Assembly: GCF_036365525.1 (NCBI RefSeq) | Contig: NC_090399.1 | Span: 54,468,430-54,532,429, forward strand | Source of the DNA: Heterodontus francisci | Lineage: Eukaryota | Reading direction: 5' to 3' | Length of the DNA stretch: 64,000 nucleotides | Shown: positions 24,186 to 36,679 of the stretch, one piece after another | How the letters are laid out: every line of letters begins with the position of its first letter | Position numbering within the stretch: the first letter of the stretch is position 1 | Notes under the pieces: generated by a model | What the model saw: only the letters and a program-made list of their open reading frames with translations | Told to the model about the DNA's origin: nothing | The model's database searches: none | Position numbers and translations under genes: made by a program

Positions 24186-26650
24186 TGCAACAAAATTTAC
24201 AAGCATGATACATGAAATGCGAGGGTGCACCTATCAGGAAAGGATGAACAGGCTGGCTCTCTTTTCTCTTGAAATAAAGGCGGCTGAGGGGTGACCTAAT
24301 GGAGATCTTTAAAATTCTGAAAGGATTTGCCAGAGTGGTTACAGAATGTTTCCACTTGTGAGGAGGAACATAACTAGAGGCCATCAATATAAGATAGTCA
24401 CTAAGAAATCTAATAGGGAATTCAGAAGAAGCTTCTTTATGCAGAGAGTGGTAAGAATGTAGAACTCGCTACCACAGGGAGTGGTTGAAGGTAAAAGTAT
24501 AGATGATTTTAAGGGGAAGCTAGACAAGCATAGGAGAGAGAAGGGAATAGAGGGCTATGATGATAGATTTAGTTGAGGGCAGATGGGAGGAGGCTAGAGT
24601 GGAGCATAAACGGCAGCATGGACTGGTTGAACTGAATGACCTATTTCTGTGCTGTATACCCTGCATAATCCTGTGTAATCTTTCAATCCTCAATGGATAC
24701 GGGAGTACTACTGAACAAGTGGAGGGTTGCTAATGTTATACCACTATTCAAGAAAGAGGGGAGGGAGATAAACCAAGAAACTACAGGCCAATCAGCTGAT
24801 AATTGGTGGTGGGAAAGTTACTGGAAAACTGTAATCAGGGACAAAACAAACTTTCATTTGAAAAGGCATGGGTTAATCAAGGAGACCTAGCATGGATTTG
24901 TTAAAGGAAAATCGTGTCTGACTAACTTGATTGAATTCTGTGAGAAGGTTGATCAAGGTCACTTAGTAGATGTTGCATATATGGACATTAAGGCTTTTGA
25001 CAAAGCAGTATGGGAATATGAAGTAGTGGCAACAATAGAAATGTGGCTTAAAAATGGTGAGGACTGGGCGCTTAACATACAAGGGTACAAAGCGCTCAGA
25101 AAAGATAGCGAAGGAATAAAAGGGAGGTGCAGTGGCAGTACTGATTAAGGAAGACATTGTAGTATTGGAAAGAGAGATATCCTTTAGGGGGCAATGACAG
25201 AATCCATTTGGTTAGAGTTAAGAAGAAAAAAGGAGTGAGTGAAGTGAGTGAGTGAGTGAATGAGGGATCTGCAGGAAAAATGACAGAGATGTGCAAGAAC
25301 TATAGTTTTGTGATATTGGTGGGAAACTTTAATTACCCAAATAGCGATTGAGATAATTTTAGAGAAAAGGGTAAGAAGGGGGAGCAATTTCTGAAATGTG
25401 TTCAGAATTTCCTTGATCAGTTTGTTCTTGATCCAACTAAAAAAGAGGCATTGCTGGATCTGGTGGTGGGAAATGAGGTGGACCAAGTTCCTGTGGGGGA
25501 ACAGTTGGGTAAGAGTGATCATCGTATCAGAAGGTTTAGACTCATAATACAGAAAAGCAAGGAACAATCCAAGGTAGAATGGCTAGATTGGAAGAGGACT
25601 AATGTGATAGGAAGGGATCTAGCCATGATAAAATGGAACCAAAGACTGACAGGAAAAACTGTAACAGAACAATGAGTTATCTTTAAGGAAGAGATGCTAC
25701 GGCTGGAGGTTAGGTACATTCCAACAAGGGTGGAAGGTTGGTGAACCAAAAACAGGTCTCCTTAGATTACGAGGGAAATAGAGATTATGATGAAATAAAA
25801 CAAAAAAAAAGAGGCTGCATGATACATGTCAGGTGAATTCTTCAAGTGAAAACCAGGCCATATACAATAAACTGAGAGGGGGGGATGGAGAGGAAAATAA
25901 GACTGGCAAAGACAGAATACCAGACTGGAATGGCAGTCAACATAAAAGGGAACCCAAAGATCTTCTACCGGCATGTAAATAGTTAGTGAGTAGTAAGAAC
26001 TGCAGTGGGACAAAGAGGGTGATATATGCTTAGAGGTATAGGGCAAGGCTAGAATACTTAATGAGTACTTTGTATCAGTGTTTACTAAGGAAATGGAATC
26101 TGACAAAATATCGGTAGAAGCAGAGAGAGTAGAGACAACGGACGGGTAAAACTTCAGAGGGAGGAGGTACTGAAAAGGTCGGCTACGCTTCAGGTAGATA
26201 AGTTACCTGGTCCGGATAGCTTAAATCCCAGGTTGCTAAAGGAAGTGGGGGTGGAAACAGCAGAAAGGCTTGCCATAATTTTCCAATTTTCTCTACATAT
26301 GGAGAAGGTACCGGAGTATTGGAGAGTGGCAAATGTGACACCCTCATTCAAGAAAGGGTGTCAGGACAGTCTAGCAACTACAGGCCGGTTAGTTTCACAT
26401 CAGTGGCAGGTAAGGTTTTAGAAACAATGATCAGAGAGAAAAAAAAAATCTACAGGCACTTGGAGCATTTGCGATAATTAAGGATAGCCAGTACAGATTT
26501 GTGAAAGGCAGATTATGCTTGACTAATCGAATTGAATTTTTTGATGAAGTAACAGAAGGTTACTGAAGGGAATACAGTGGATGTTGTCTACATGGATTTT
26601 AAGAAAGTGTCTGATAAAGTACCACATAAAAAGGCTGGGTAGGAATAGGA

Positions 26651-26852
26651 GGTTCTGTTAATTGTTTAATCATATGCAAGAGGAGGATGTTAATTGGGGT
26701 CTTACTTGAGTATATATATGGACACACTTATTAAAACTGGGTGAAGGTTTGAGTGAGAGCTGTAATCTTTTTACTTTGTGAAATAAATGCAAGACTGAGT
26801 AAATATTGGCCCTAGCATAATCCTTCATTACTAAGCTTTCTGGAATATAACA
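26651..26852 (+). mobile_element. Solo LTR related to the LTR at 43855-44082
   Basis: Shares GGATGTTAATTG, AATAAATG, ACTGAGTAAATAT and the terminal AAGCTTTCTGGAAT(A/T)TAACA. Confidence 0.8.
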
Positions 26853-26989
26853 GGGTCAGCATTCAATTGGATAAAAAAAAATTGGCTGAAGTACAGAAAA
26901 CAGTGAGTCACAGTAAATGGTTGTTTTTCAGACTAGATGATGGTAGACAGTGGTATTCCCCAAGGGTCAGTGCTTTTTGGGCTATATAT

Positions 26990-27914
26990 TGTTACTACCA
27001 AGGTGGGAGGAGTGCACAGTTTTTCTAGTCCTACTTGGCCGCAGGTCACAACATATATTTTTAACTGTTTACCCAGTTACTGATTCGGTCAATTGTATGC
27101 TCTACTCTCTATCCCGGAATAAAATACACCAACCAGATTTCTTTAATAAACAACAAAATTATCAGTTTATTGTAAAAACAAGACTTATCCAGCAACGACC
27201 AAAGCATTAACACAGATTGAAATATGAAAGTCCCTCTTTTAAAAACCCCCCAAACCAAGAAATTCTCTCTGCAGAGCCATTACAAAGAAAAAAAAGAATA
27301 CTTTGGCAAAGTACATGGTAATTCTCAAACAGAACAGAAAAGATATGAGAAGCTGTCAGTTTCCCTTTTGATCTGGCATCCGAGTAGACATAGACTGGTT
27401 ACTGGGAGCTTTTCTGGAGCAGTTCTTGTCAGGCGGCATCAAGAATTAATCTAACAGGTTTTTTCCGGCTTCTCAGGAGAAATGTGGCATCAAGAGCTTT
27501 GGTTATCACATTGAATATGCAGTGTTTTTCAGCGACAGGAGGAAAGAGAGGAGTTGGCTGTTTTTTCCTTGACAGGTGAAACTGCTTTTTAAACACAGTC
27601 CAAACCCCAACTGAATCAAAACAATAGCTCAGAAGTGAAACCACACCAACTAGTCAGAACCTCCTGACGTCATAAATCTTGACATGTCACTTCTCTGTGA
27701 ACATCTTCTCCAGGTCACCAAGGTTTCTGTTTATTTATTGTAAGGCATGTAACATACAGTAAAGGTTGCTTTCAAACACAACATCTCAGTGAACGGTCAA
27801 CAACAGAACAAAGTCCAGCATTTATGAAATCTTCAGCCTTTCAAAATCAAATCCATTTCCATCATTTAAATATGAGTCTTCAAAAATGTTTTAAACGGAA
27901 GCACTTTCGTAACA
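26990..27914 (-). mobile_element. Solo Gmr1-type LTR inserted in CR1
   Basis: TGTTAC...GTAACA perfect termini. Flanks ATAT/ACAT (TSD-like). CR1 RT sequence continues on both sides. Confidence 0.8.
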
Positions 27915-29356
27915 ACATAAATAATTTGGATCTAGGAATACAGTAGAATTTTAAAATTTGCCAATGATATCAAACTTGGAGGTGCGGCAAACAGTGAGGA
28001 TAGTATGAGCTGCCTACAACAAGTCATAAATAGGCTAGTAGAATGGGCAGAGTGGTGGCAGATGAAATTTAATACTGACAAGTGCGAGTTGATGCATTTT
28101 GGCAGAACGGATAGGATGAGGCAATAGACATTTAATGGCACAGTTCTAAAGAGTGCAGGAACAGAGGGACTTTGGGGTTCATGTGTATCGATCTTTGAAG
28201 GTGGCAGAACGTATTGGGAGAATGGTTAGCAAAGCATGTGGGACCTTGGGCTTCATAAACAGAGGTACAGAGTACAAAAGCAGGGAAGTTATGCTGAACC
28301 TTTATAACGCTCTGGTTAGGCCCCAACTGGAGTACTGCCTCCAGTTTTGGTCACCACATTTCAGGCAAATGTGAGGGCCCTTGAGAGGATGCAGAGGAGA
28401 TTTACCACTGCACAGCTGTTATCAGGACACCTGTAGCCAACTCCCATTACAGCTTTAAGTCCTTTCTTATTTATCAATTCTCATCGGAGTCTCCATTGAT
28501 TGCTTTCCCTTACCTAGATCCTCTCATTAATGTAACAGCTCGGGACAAAAAATGTCACTTGGAAAAATATGGGTTAATGAATTAAAGCCAGCAGAGAATT
28601 GTTAAAGGCAAACTTGATCAAGTTCTCTGATGAATAGGCGGACAGAGTTGATGAGGGAAGTGTGGGTGATGTTGTGTACATGGGCTTTCAAAAGGCATTT
28701 GATCAAAAATAGACTTTGTAGTAAATTTGAAGACAACGGGATTGGAGGGATGGTGTCAGAGTGGATATGGAATTGGCTCAGGAAAGAAATCAGAGAGGAA
28801 TGGTGAATGATTATTTTTCAGTCTGCAGGGAAGAATACAATGGATGTTCCCCAGGGATTGGTATGAGCACTACATCTCTTTGAAATATATTCCAACACCA
28901 CCGCCCACCCCCCCCCCCCCCCCATCACAACCACCCCCTTGGCTGCACCCTCCTGGTCTCGTCGCTTCACCCCCCACCACCCCACCAAAATGCTCCCCAC
29001 CCCCCACCCCCTCGGCTGTTTGCTGCCAGCCTCTCTGCTTCCCCCTGCAGTCGCCGCTCCTGGCCTCACTGCTTCCCCCACCTCGGCTGCTTGCTCTTAG
29101 CCTTGCCGCTTCAGCGGCTCATTCACCACACCCACCCCACCCGGCTGATGGTTCCCGGTCGTGCCGCCCGGAGAAGTGGGGGGGAACCAGCCACCAAGGG
29201 TGAAGCAAGCAGCCGAAGGGTGACGGGGCGACGTGGGGAGAGAGCCTCCGAGAGGGAGGAAGCGGTGAAGCCGGGTGAGTGGGCACAAGGGGAAGCAGCG
29301 AGGCAAGCGGGAAGGGAGTGACCGAGTCAGCAAACACAGCCTTTAATGACCTCGAT

Positions 29357-29565
29357 AAAAGCAAAATACTGCAGATGCAGGAAATCTGAAAAACAAACAG
29401 AAAGTGCTGGAAATACTCAGATCAGGCAGCATCTGTGGAGAGAGAAACAAAGCTAACGTTTCAGGGTTCTGATGAAAGGTCACTGACCTGAAACATTAAC
29501 TCGGCTCCTCTCTCCACAGATGCTGCCAGACCTGCTGAGTCTTTCCAGCACTTCCTGTTTTATTA
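29357..29565. mobile_element. Penelope-type palindromic terminal remnant
   Basis: Left arm GTGCTGGAAATACTCAG..GGCAGCATCTGTGGAGAGAG is the reverse complement of right arm CTCTCTCCACAGATGCTGCC..CTGAGTCTTTCCAGCAC. Confidence 0.85.
29464..29502 (+). ncRNA. Minimal type I hammerhead ribozyme motif
   Basis: GGGTT-CTGATGA-A-AGGTC.ACT.GACCT-GAAA-CA-TT-AACTC. Core boxes, stem II and stem I are pairable. Stem III reads ACAT instead of ACGT. Confidence 0.65.
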
Positions 29566-29794
29566 TTAATGAGCTGGACTTGGCCACAAGAGCATAATTT
29601 CAGAAATTTTCAGTTGACACAAAACTCAGAAATGCAGTAAACAATGAGAAGGATTGGAACAGATTTCAGGAGGACATAGACTGATGAAATGGGCAAACAT
29701 GACAAATGCAGTTTAATGCAGAGAAGTGTGAGGTGATTGATTTTGGAGGACAGAATGAGGAGAGGTGATAAGAAACAGTCACTTTTCCTCTTAC

Positions 29795-29969
29795 CCCAGT
29801 CTCAGGTCTCCACTCCTTTTCCGTTCTGCTCAGACCGACAGGAATAGGTGGCTCCATCCTCGGGCTTGATCAGAATCCATCTCCTGAGCTGGTAGATGCC
29901 ATATTGGTTGGGTAGGATGCCAGTGGAATACGTGCCTGCAATTGGTGCGCCATTTCTCAGTAGGGTAAT
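29795..29969 (-). pseudogene. 3' half of an MHC class I alpha-3 (Ig C1) exon
   Basis: ITLLRNGAPIAGTYSTGILPNQYGIYQLRRWILIKPEDGATYSCRSEQNGKGVET*DW, then a phase-1 donor G|GTAAG (29794-29790). The GILPNxxGxYQ and YSC motifs are typical of class I alpha-3. TGA at 29802-29804. 5' half missing. Confidence 0.8.
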
Positions 29970-29993
29970 TTATCCCTTTAAATTGGGGATTAG

Positions 29994-31935
29994 ACTCACT
30001 CGCTCCCCTCCCCCACTCACTCGCTCGCTCGCTCCCATCCTCCACTCACTCACTCACACCCCTCCCACACTCATTCGCTCCCCTCACCTACTCACTCGTT
30101 CCCCTCCCCCACTCACACACTCGCTCCCCTCCCCCACTTACTCACTCGCACCCCTCCCACACTCATTCACTCACTCGCTCCCCACCCCCACTCACTCGTT
30201 CCCCTCCCCCACTCACTCACTCACTCGTTCCCCTCCCCCATTCACTCTGAGGTCCACGACATAATTGCAGGAGTTCCTCAGGGTAGTGTCCTCGGCCCAA
30301 CCATCATCAGCTGCTTCATCAATGACCTTCCTTAAATCATAGGGTCAGAAGTGGGGATGTTCGCTGATGATTGCACAATGTTCAGCACCATTCGTGACTC
30401 CTCAAATACAGAAGCAGTCTGTGTAGAAATGCAGCAAGACTTGGACAATATCCAGGCTTGGGCTGATAAGTGGCAAGTAACATTTGTGCCACACAAGTGC
30501 CAGGCAATGACCATCTCCAACAAGAGAGAATCTAACCATCTCCCCTTGACATTCAATGGCGTTACCATCGCTGAATCCCCCACTATCAACATCATAGGGG
30601 CTACCATTGACCAGAAACTGAACTGGAGTAGCCATATAAATACCATGGCTACAACAGCAGGTCCGAGGCTAGGAATCCTGCAGCGAGTGACTCACCTCCT
30701 GACTCCCCAAAGCCTGTCCACCATCTACAAGGCACAAGTCAGGAGTGTGATGGAATACTCTCCACTTGCCTGGATGGGTGCAGCTCCAATGACACTCAAG
30801 AAGCTCGACACCATCCAGGACAAAGCAGCCTGCTTGATTGGCACCCCATCTACAAACATTCACTCCCTCGACCACTGACGCACAGTGGCAGCAGTGTGTA
30901 CCATCTACAAGATGCACTGCAGCAATGCACCATGGCTCCTTAGACAACACCTTCCAAACCCGCGACCTCTACCACCTTGAAGGACAAGGGCAGTAGATGC
31001 ATGGGAACAGCACCACCTGCAATGTTCCCATCCAACTCACACACCATCCTGACTTGGAACTATATCGCCGTTCCTTCACTGTCGCCGGGTCAAAATCCTG
31101 GAACTCCCTTCCTAACAGCACTGTGGGTGTACCTACCTCACATGGACTGCAGCAGTTCAAGAAGGCAGCTCACAACCACCTTCTCAAGGGCAATTAGGGA
31201 TGGGCAATAAATGCTGGCCTGGCCAGTTACGCCCACATCCCATGAATTAATTTAAAAAACTCACTTGCTTGCTCTCCCACTCACTCACTTACTTGCTCCC
31301 TTCCCTCACTCACTCGGTCCCCTCCCCCACTCATTCACTCTCTCCCCTCTTTCACTCACTCACTTGCTCCCTCGCTCACTCACTCACTCACTCCCCTCCC
31401 TCACTCACTTGCTCCCCTCCCCCACTCACACTCCCAAACTCTCTCCCCACCCCCACTCACTCACTCCCTCACACGCTTCCCTCCCCCACTCACTCACTCC
31501 CTCACTCACTCCCCTCCCTCACTAACTCTCTCCCTCACTTGCTCCCCTCCCTCATTCGCTTCCCTCCCCACTCACCCCCTCACTCACACTCCCCTCACTC
31601 ACTCACTCATTCCCCTCCCCATTCACCCCCCTCCCCCACTCACTCCCTTCCCTCACTCATTCCCCTTCTCCCACTCACTCCCCCCACTAACTCACTCCCC
31701 TCCCCTCACCTCGTTCATTCCCCTCAGCTCATTCACTCCCCCCCTACTCACTCACTCCTTCCCCACTCACTCCCTTCCCCCCACTCAGTCCCCTCCCCCC
31801 CATCCCCCCTGCCCCCTCTCACCCCCTTGCTCATCCCCTCCCCGCTTGCTCACTCCATCCCCCTCACTCACCCCCCTCCCCCCACTCACTCACTTCCCCT
31901 CCCCCTCCCCCGTCAGCCCCCTCCCCTCCCCCTAC
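29994..31935 (+). repeat. C/T-rich (CACT/CCCT)n low-complexity tract split by a LINE
   Basis: CTCACTCGCTCCCC-type units at 29994-30245 and 31259-31935. Confidence 0.85.
30246..31258 (+). mobile_element. CR1-group LINE 3' part
   Basis: GVPQGSVLGP, MFADDCT, YSPLAWMGAAP, LLKGN stop, 3' UTR. Confidence 0.9.
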
Positions 31936-32402
31936 TTTGACTTCCTGTATTTACATTTTAAAATATCTGACTGTAATCTCAGCAATAGAATTATGGGTCC
32001 ATAAAAATCTGAATCTATAAATCAGCTGCCAGGATAAGGGAGACAGTTTTATCAATGTTAACCTAATGAGACAATGCACAGCGCTCACTCTCCGGTGACC
32101 CAAACTGCAGAGCAAACAAATATAAAAGCATGGAGCTCGATTTCATTCCTTATTGGAATGTTATTCACCATTAGTACACAATGGAAGCTGGAACAACATT
32201 AAATGGGGAGAGGGCTGCATGCAAATCAAGAATATTTAAGCATCAAACTCTGGGTCTGCATTTCTACCCAAGGATAAACTGTGAGGTTAAGTCATCTGTT
32301 AGAGATTAAATAGGCCACTAATGAGGATAATAAATCAACTGTCAATCTATATTAGCTCATGTTTGACAAAAATAGTAATTCATGATTTTTATACTAATCT
32401 TT

Positions 32403-33064
32403 TGTAACGCCCACATGGAGTAGCTGAAAATACAGAACCCAAACTGACGAGTTATAAAAATTGACATTTCCTTTTAAAAACTGGACAATGTGCTGAAAAA
32501 TTGCCACCAAAGGTCAAACAACTTGGCCCTGTATATTCAAACTGTCTCATTGTCTGTTAAGAACCAAAGGATACATTTCAAGCTAAGAGGTGTCAATTAC
32601 ATCCATCCTGAACCATTCAAGAGACATTTTTGAATTGAATTGGTTCTTCTGAAATAAAGAAGCTGTGAGGTAGCCACATCCTAGTCCATTGTGGGTCACC
32701 ACAGGGAGTGGACTCTGTGTCTCCCAACAATGGCAACATTTTGACCTTAAAAAGCAACTCTCTGAAGAGAGAGAGAGAGAGAATCAGAACAGCACCATCA
32801 AAGCCTGACCAGCAAAGAGCTTAGAGATCCAGCAAAAGCCAAAGAAGATGCCTGCTGTGAATGCTTTACTTCAACTTGTTCAGCAGAGAACTGGAAGTAA
32901 TCCCCATCTCCAGATTGAAGACTCAACCACCAGAGAAATCTACAAACGACCCAGGCCTGCAACTTTAAAAGAGAAATTGTCCTCCAAGAAGATTTAACAG
33001 GTTTACTGTAAACCTTGAAAACCTGCCTCACTTCAAACCCCTTTTCCCCTCTTTCTATTTATTC

Positions 33065-33101
<37 letters not shown>

Positions 33102-33324
33102 AGTGAATGCATGTTTGGGTGCGATTGCAACAATTTCAGGAATGAATATTGCTCAATAAATAGTTAAACTTCTATTTTAAAGCTACAAGAAATCCCATCA
33201 CTCTATGCTTATTTGACAAATAAAACACAAGGGGTTAAAACTCCAGTAACAAAAGCACATGCTGTGGTCAGCTGGGAGGTGAATAGTGGGAACCACCCAC
33301 ACCCTTTACCACCTGGCTTTAACA
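32403..33324 (+). mobile_element. Solo Gmr1-type LTR
   Basis: TGTAAC...TTAACA termini. Internal (GA)n and (GT)n, AATAAA at ~33155. Its 3' end is the reverse complement of the end type seen at 33887. Flanks CTTT/CTCT. Confidence 0.75.
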
Positions 33325-33445
33325 CTCTTGATTTTGAAAATGATTTCTCTGCTGATTTATGGGACAGTGAGGTTGGCATTGCTGTTCAATGGAGCATATC
33401 ATTTTTCTGTAACTAACCTATCAAAATATGTTAACATTATAAATT

Positions 33446-33790
33446 TTAGATTTAGAGATACAGCACTGAAACAGGCCCTTCAGCCCACCGAGTCTGTGCC
33501 AACCATTAACCACCCATTTATACTAATCCTACACTAATCCCATATTTCTACCACATCCTCACCTGTCCCTATATTTCCCCTCCCACCTACCTATACTAGG
33601 GACAATTTATAATGGCCAATTTACCTATCAACCTGCAAGTCTTTTGGCTGTGGGAGGAAACCGGAGCACCCGGAGGAAACCCACACAGACACAGGGAGAA
33701 CTTGCAAACTCCACACAGGCAGGACCCAGAATTGAACCCGGGTCGCTGGAGCTGTGAGGCTGCGGTGCTAACCACTACGCCACTGTGCCG
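33446..33790 (-). mobile_element. HE1-type SINE
   Basis: Reverse complement of the + strand copies, with A and B boxes near 33730-33785. Confidence 0.92.
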
Positions 33791-36679
33791 CGAAATTAGG
33801 TCAGTGCTTCTCAAACTGTTTCAGTTGAAGGGCCTCTTTTCAAATGCATTAGTGATCAGAAACTCCCATCTAAATTGTAACACTACTGTTATGACCACAT
33901 GGTGTGAGGTGGGTGGTTCCCACTGTTCAACTCCCCACTTGACCACAGCAAGTGTATTTGTATTAGAGTTTAGCCTCTTGTTATTTTATTTTTTAAATAA
34001 GCAGACTGCAATAGGATTTCTTGTCGGTTTTCACAGAATAACAGAATTGTTATGACCCATAGTGTCCGCACTGACTCTTTGAAAGAGCAATTCCCTCAGT
34101 TCCATTCCCCTGCCTTCTCCCCATAACCCTGCAAATTCTTCCTTTTCATATAAATGTCTAATTCCCTTTGGAATGCTTCAGTTGAACCTGCCTCCACCAC
34201 TTTCTCTGGCAGCGCAGTCCAGACCTTAACCACTTACTGCGCGAAAAAGCTTTTCCTCATGTCATTTTTGCTTTTTAAAAAAACATAAAGTCAATTGTTT
34301 CTTGATCAATGCACCTTATCCCAAAATTGTCACAATCTGCTCACACATTCGCTTTCTCACACCCGCACACCCACACAAGAAGAAACGGGTAGAGAAGGGA
34401 ATAAGGAAGGTGGCTTTTAGTAGGGGGGAAAGGGTTACGAAAAACCTTTTAAATTCTCTTGGAAATCAATTCTTGATAGATGCAGGCCTGAGATGATTGT
34501 ACATTTCTCTTTCTCTCTTGATTGAAGGTTCAGTTGAAGACGGAAGGAAAAGCTGTTCCCATTAACAAATGGTACAAGGACTAGGGGAGACAGATTGAAA
34601 GTTTGGGGCAAAAGATGCAGGGGGAATATGAGGAAGTACTTTTTTTTGTGCAGCGGATGGTAATGACCTGGAACTCACTGCCCACAAGGGTGCTGGAAGC
34701 GGAGACACTCAGTGATGTCAAGAGGAAGTTGGATGGCCACCTGAGAGAAATAGACTTGCAGGGCTACAGGGATCGAGCTGAGAAGTGGGACTGACAACAT
34801 AGCTTTTAGGAGAGCTGGCATGGACTCGATGGGCCAAATGACCTCCTTTTGTGCGGTAAATGACTCTATGACTGTAAGATGGTGGGTTACTTTTAGCTCT
34901 CACTGTTGTATAATGTAGATGTTGGATTCTGCAGCAGGGCATGTGCTTTTTCTGTCTTGGCTAGTACACAAGTTGTAGGATGTTGACGTTGATTCTTGCT
35001 TGCTCTCTCTCTCCCTCTGCTGTCTGTTTTAAGGCAAAGCAGTTATCGCTCACCTCCTGTTAGGAGACGCACTGGTCTCTTCCTCATGGTGATTGCGCAA
35101 TGGCCCTGGACATGGCCCAGGACATGGCCATTTCACATCTTCTTTGTTTCAGAGAAAGACATTCAATTCTGGAATGTTGTAGGATAGATGTAGGATGGGT
35201 TCATTTGACACCTCTTAGCTTTGAAGATTTGTCCTTTGCCTTTGTCAGACAGTTTAAATACACAAAAAGCAAATCCCTTTTTTCCTTCAGCAGCCATTTT
35301 AGACCATCGTCTACTTTTTAAAATAAAGGCTCATTTTTTAAAGACAAAGTCCATTTTTTATAACTCTTCAGAGTAAGTCCATGATTGTTGTATAATCATA
35401 CTTCCGGTGTGGGTGACACCTCCCCCAAAAGGGGAAAAAATGAAATTCCTTGGACTTCATTTTTATGTTGGTTGTTGGGTTCAGAAAGATGGAAGAAAAC
35501 GGTAAGAAAGTTTAGGGTCACACAACTCTACATAGTCATTTCATTCACCCCTGAATATAGCAGCCATTTGAGGTTCAAGTTCAAGCTTTTTTCATCCTTT
35601 GGATGAGGTATCAACAAAAAATTGCATTTCTTTTGGGTAGTGTGTTGTCAAATGGGGTTGTAGTTTCTCTCGCATCAGTTTGTACTACTTTAGGGATATT
35701 AATCTCCAGGACTGTGTGAGTGTTGGTGAAGCTTGTAGTATGCAAATTTCTACTACTGCTTGTTGTAAGGGTCCCTGTTTATACAAACTTTAAACCTTTA
35801 ACTACTGCTTCCACAAGACATGGTGTTCACCATTCAGATTCTGGCACATTGATAGTTCTTATTTTAAGGTGATAATGGGTGATACATTGTCTTTTAGCCC
35901 CTGAGAGGCATCTAGGATTTCTTCCTTCCCCTTGTTCTTGCTGAATTCTGACTCTAAATTGTTTGGATTTGCTTAGTTTTGGATTTGGAACCTGATTGTT
36001 TGATTCATCATGAGGTAGATCCTTGTTGACCTCACTTTCAGTTTTCTTGTGATTTTCACAAGTGTGGTTCACTTTAGGGTATTTTACCTTCTCTATTCCT
36101 TTTATTTCAGAGATAGGTGTTTCCCTTATCTGCCTCATGTCCTTTGGGATATTACTGCTTGCAAGTGGTAGTCCAGCTTCCACTGCAGTCCCCTGTGGCA
36201 CTTCAACTAGGTGAGGCATCTCCCTCACTCTTGGCTTTCCTGTCTGGGAACTTTCCTTGTCCCTATTTAAATCTTTTAAAAATGGTTTCAGCTAACCATA
36301 TCTCGGTTGCTTTTCCGTCAACTTTTGCAGCTTTTATTTTAGCTCCTTTAAGTCTTTTTGACTTAACTGGACCCTCTGACTGTATTGGCCCCTATGGAAT
36401 TTTTGGGACCTCCTCAGCCCTTTGCAGTTATACAGAGTTTGGTTTATTCCCCTCAGTTTCTCCAGTCTCTATGGTCTGTTCTGGACCCTCTGGGTACAAT
36501 ATTGTGCTTCCTGCCAAGTCACTGCCCAGCAATAGGTCTCACCCCCTGCATGGGTAAGCTCGAAATGATTCCGACTGTCACAACCCCAGTGACCAAATTA
36601 CTCTGTAGGTAAATTTTAATGAAGGGAACCTTCAAGAATTTTCCAATAAGCCTTTTCACTAATATTGTGGTAGTTGTTC

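Larger units (their letters stand above)
23805..28410 (+). mobile_element. Cluster of old, fragmented + strand CR1 copies, interrupted by a Penelope remnant and two solo LTRs
   Basis: Repeated decayed motifs WRVANVIPLFKK, LDLVVGNE, PQGS, VRPQLEYCLQFWSP. 3' UTR at ~24560-24680. Confidence 0.85.

Noticed and set aside
32000-32110. Missing 5' half of the alpha-3 exon on the far side of the C/T-rich tract
   Set aside because: There is an acceptor-like site and a PLS..IQI resemblance on the - strand, but several indels are needed and there is no C..GFYP motif.
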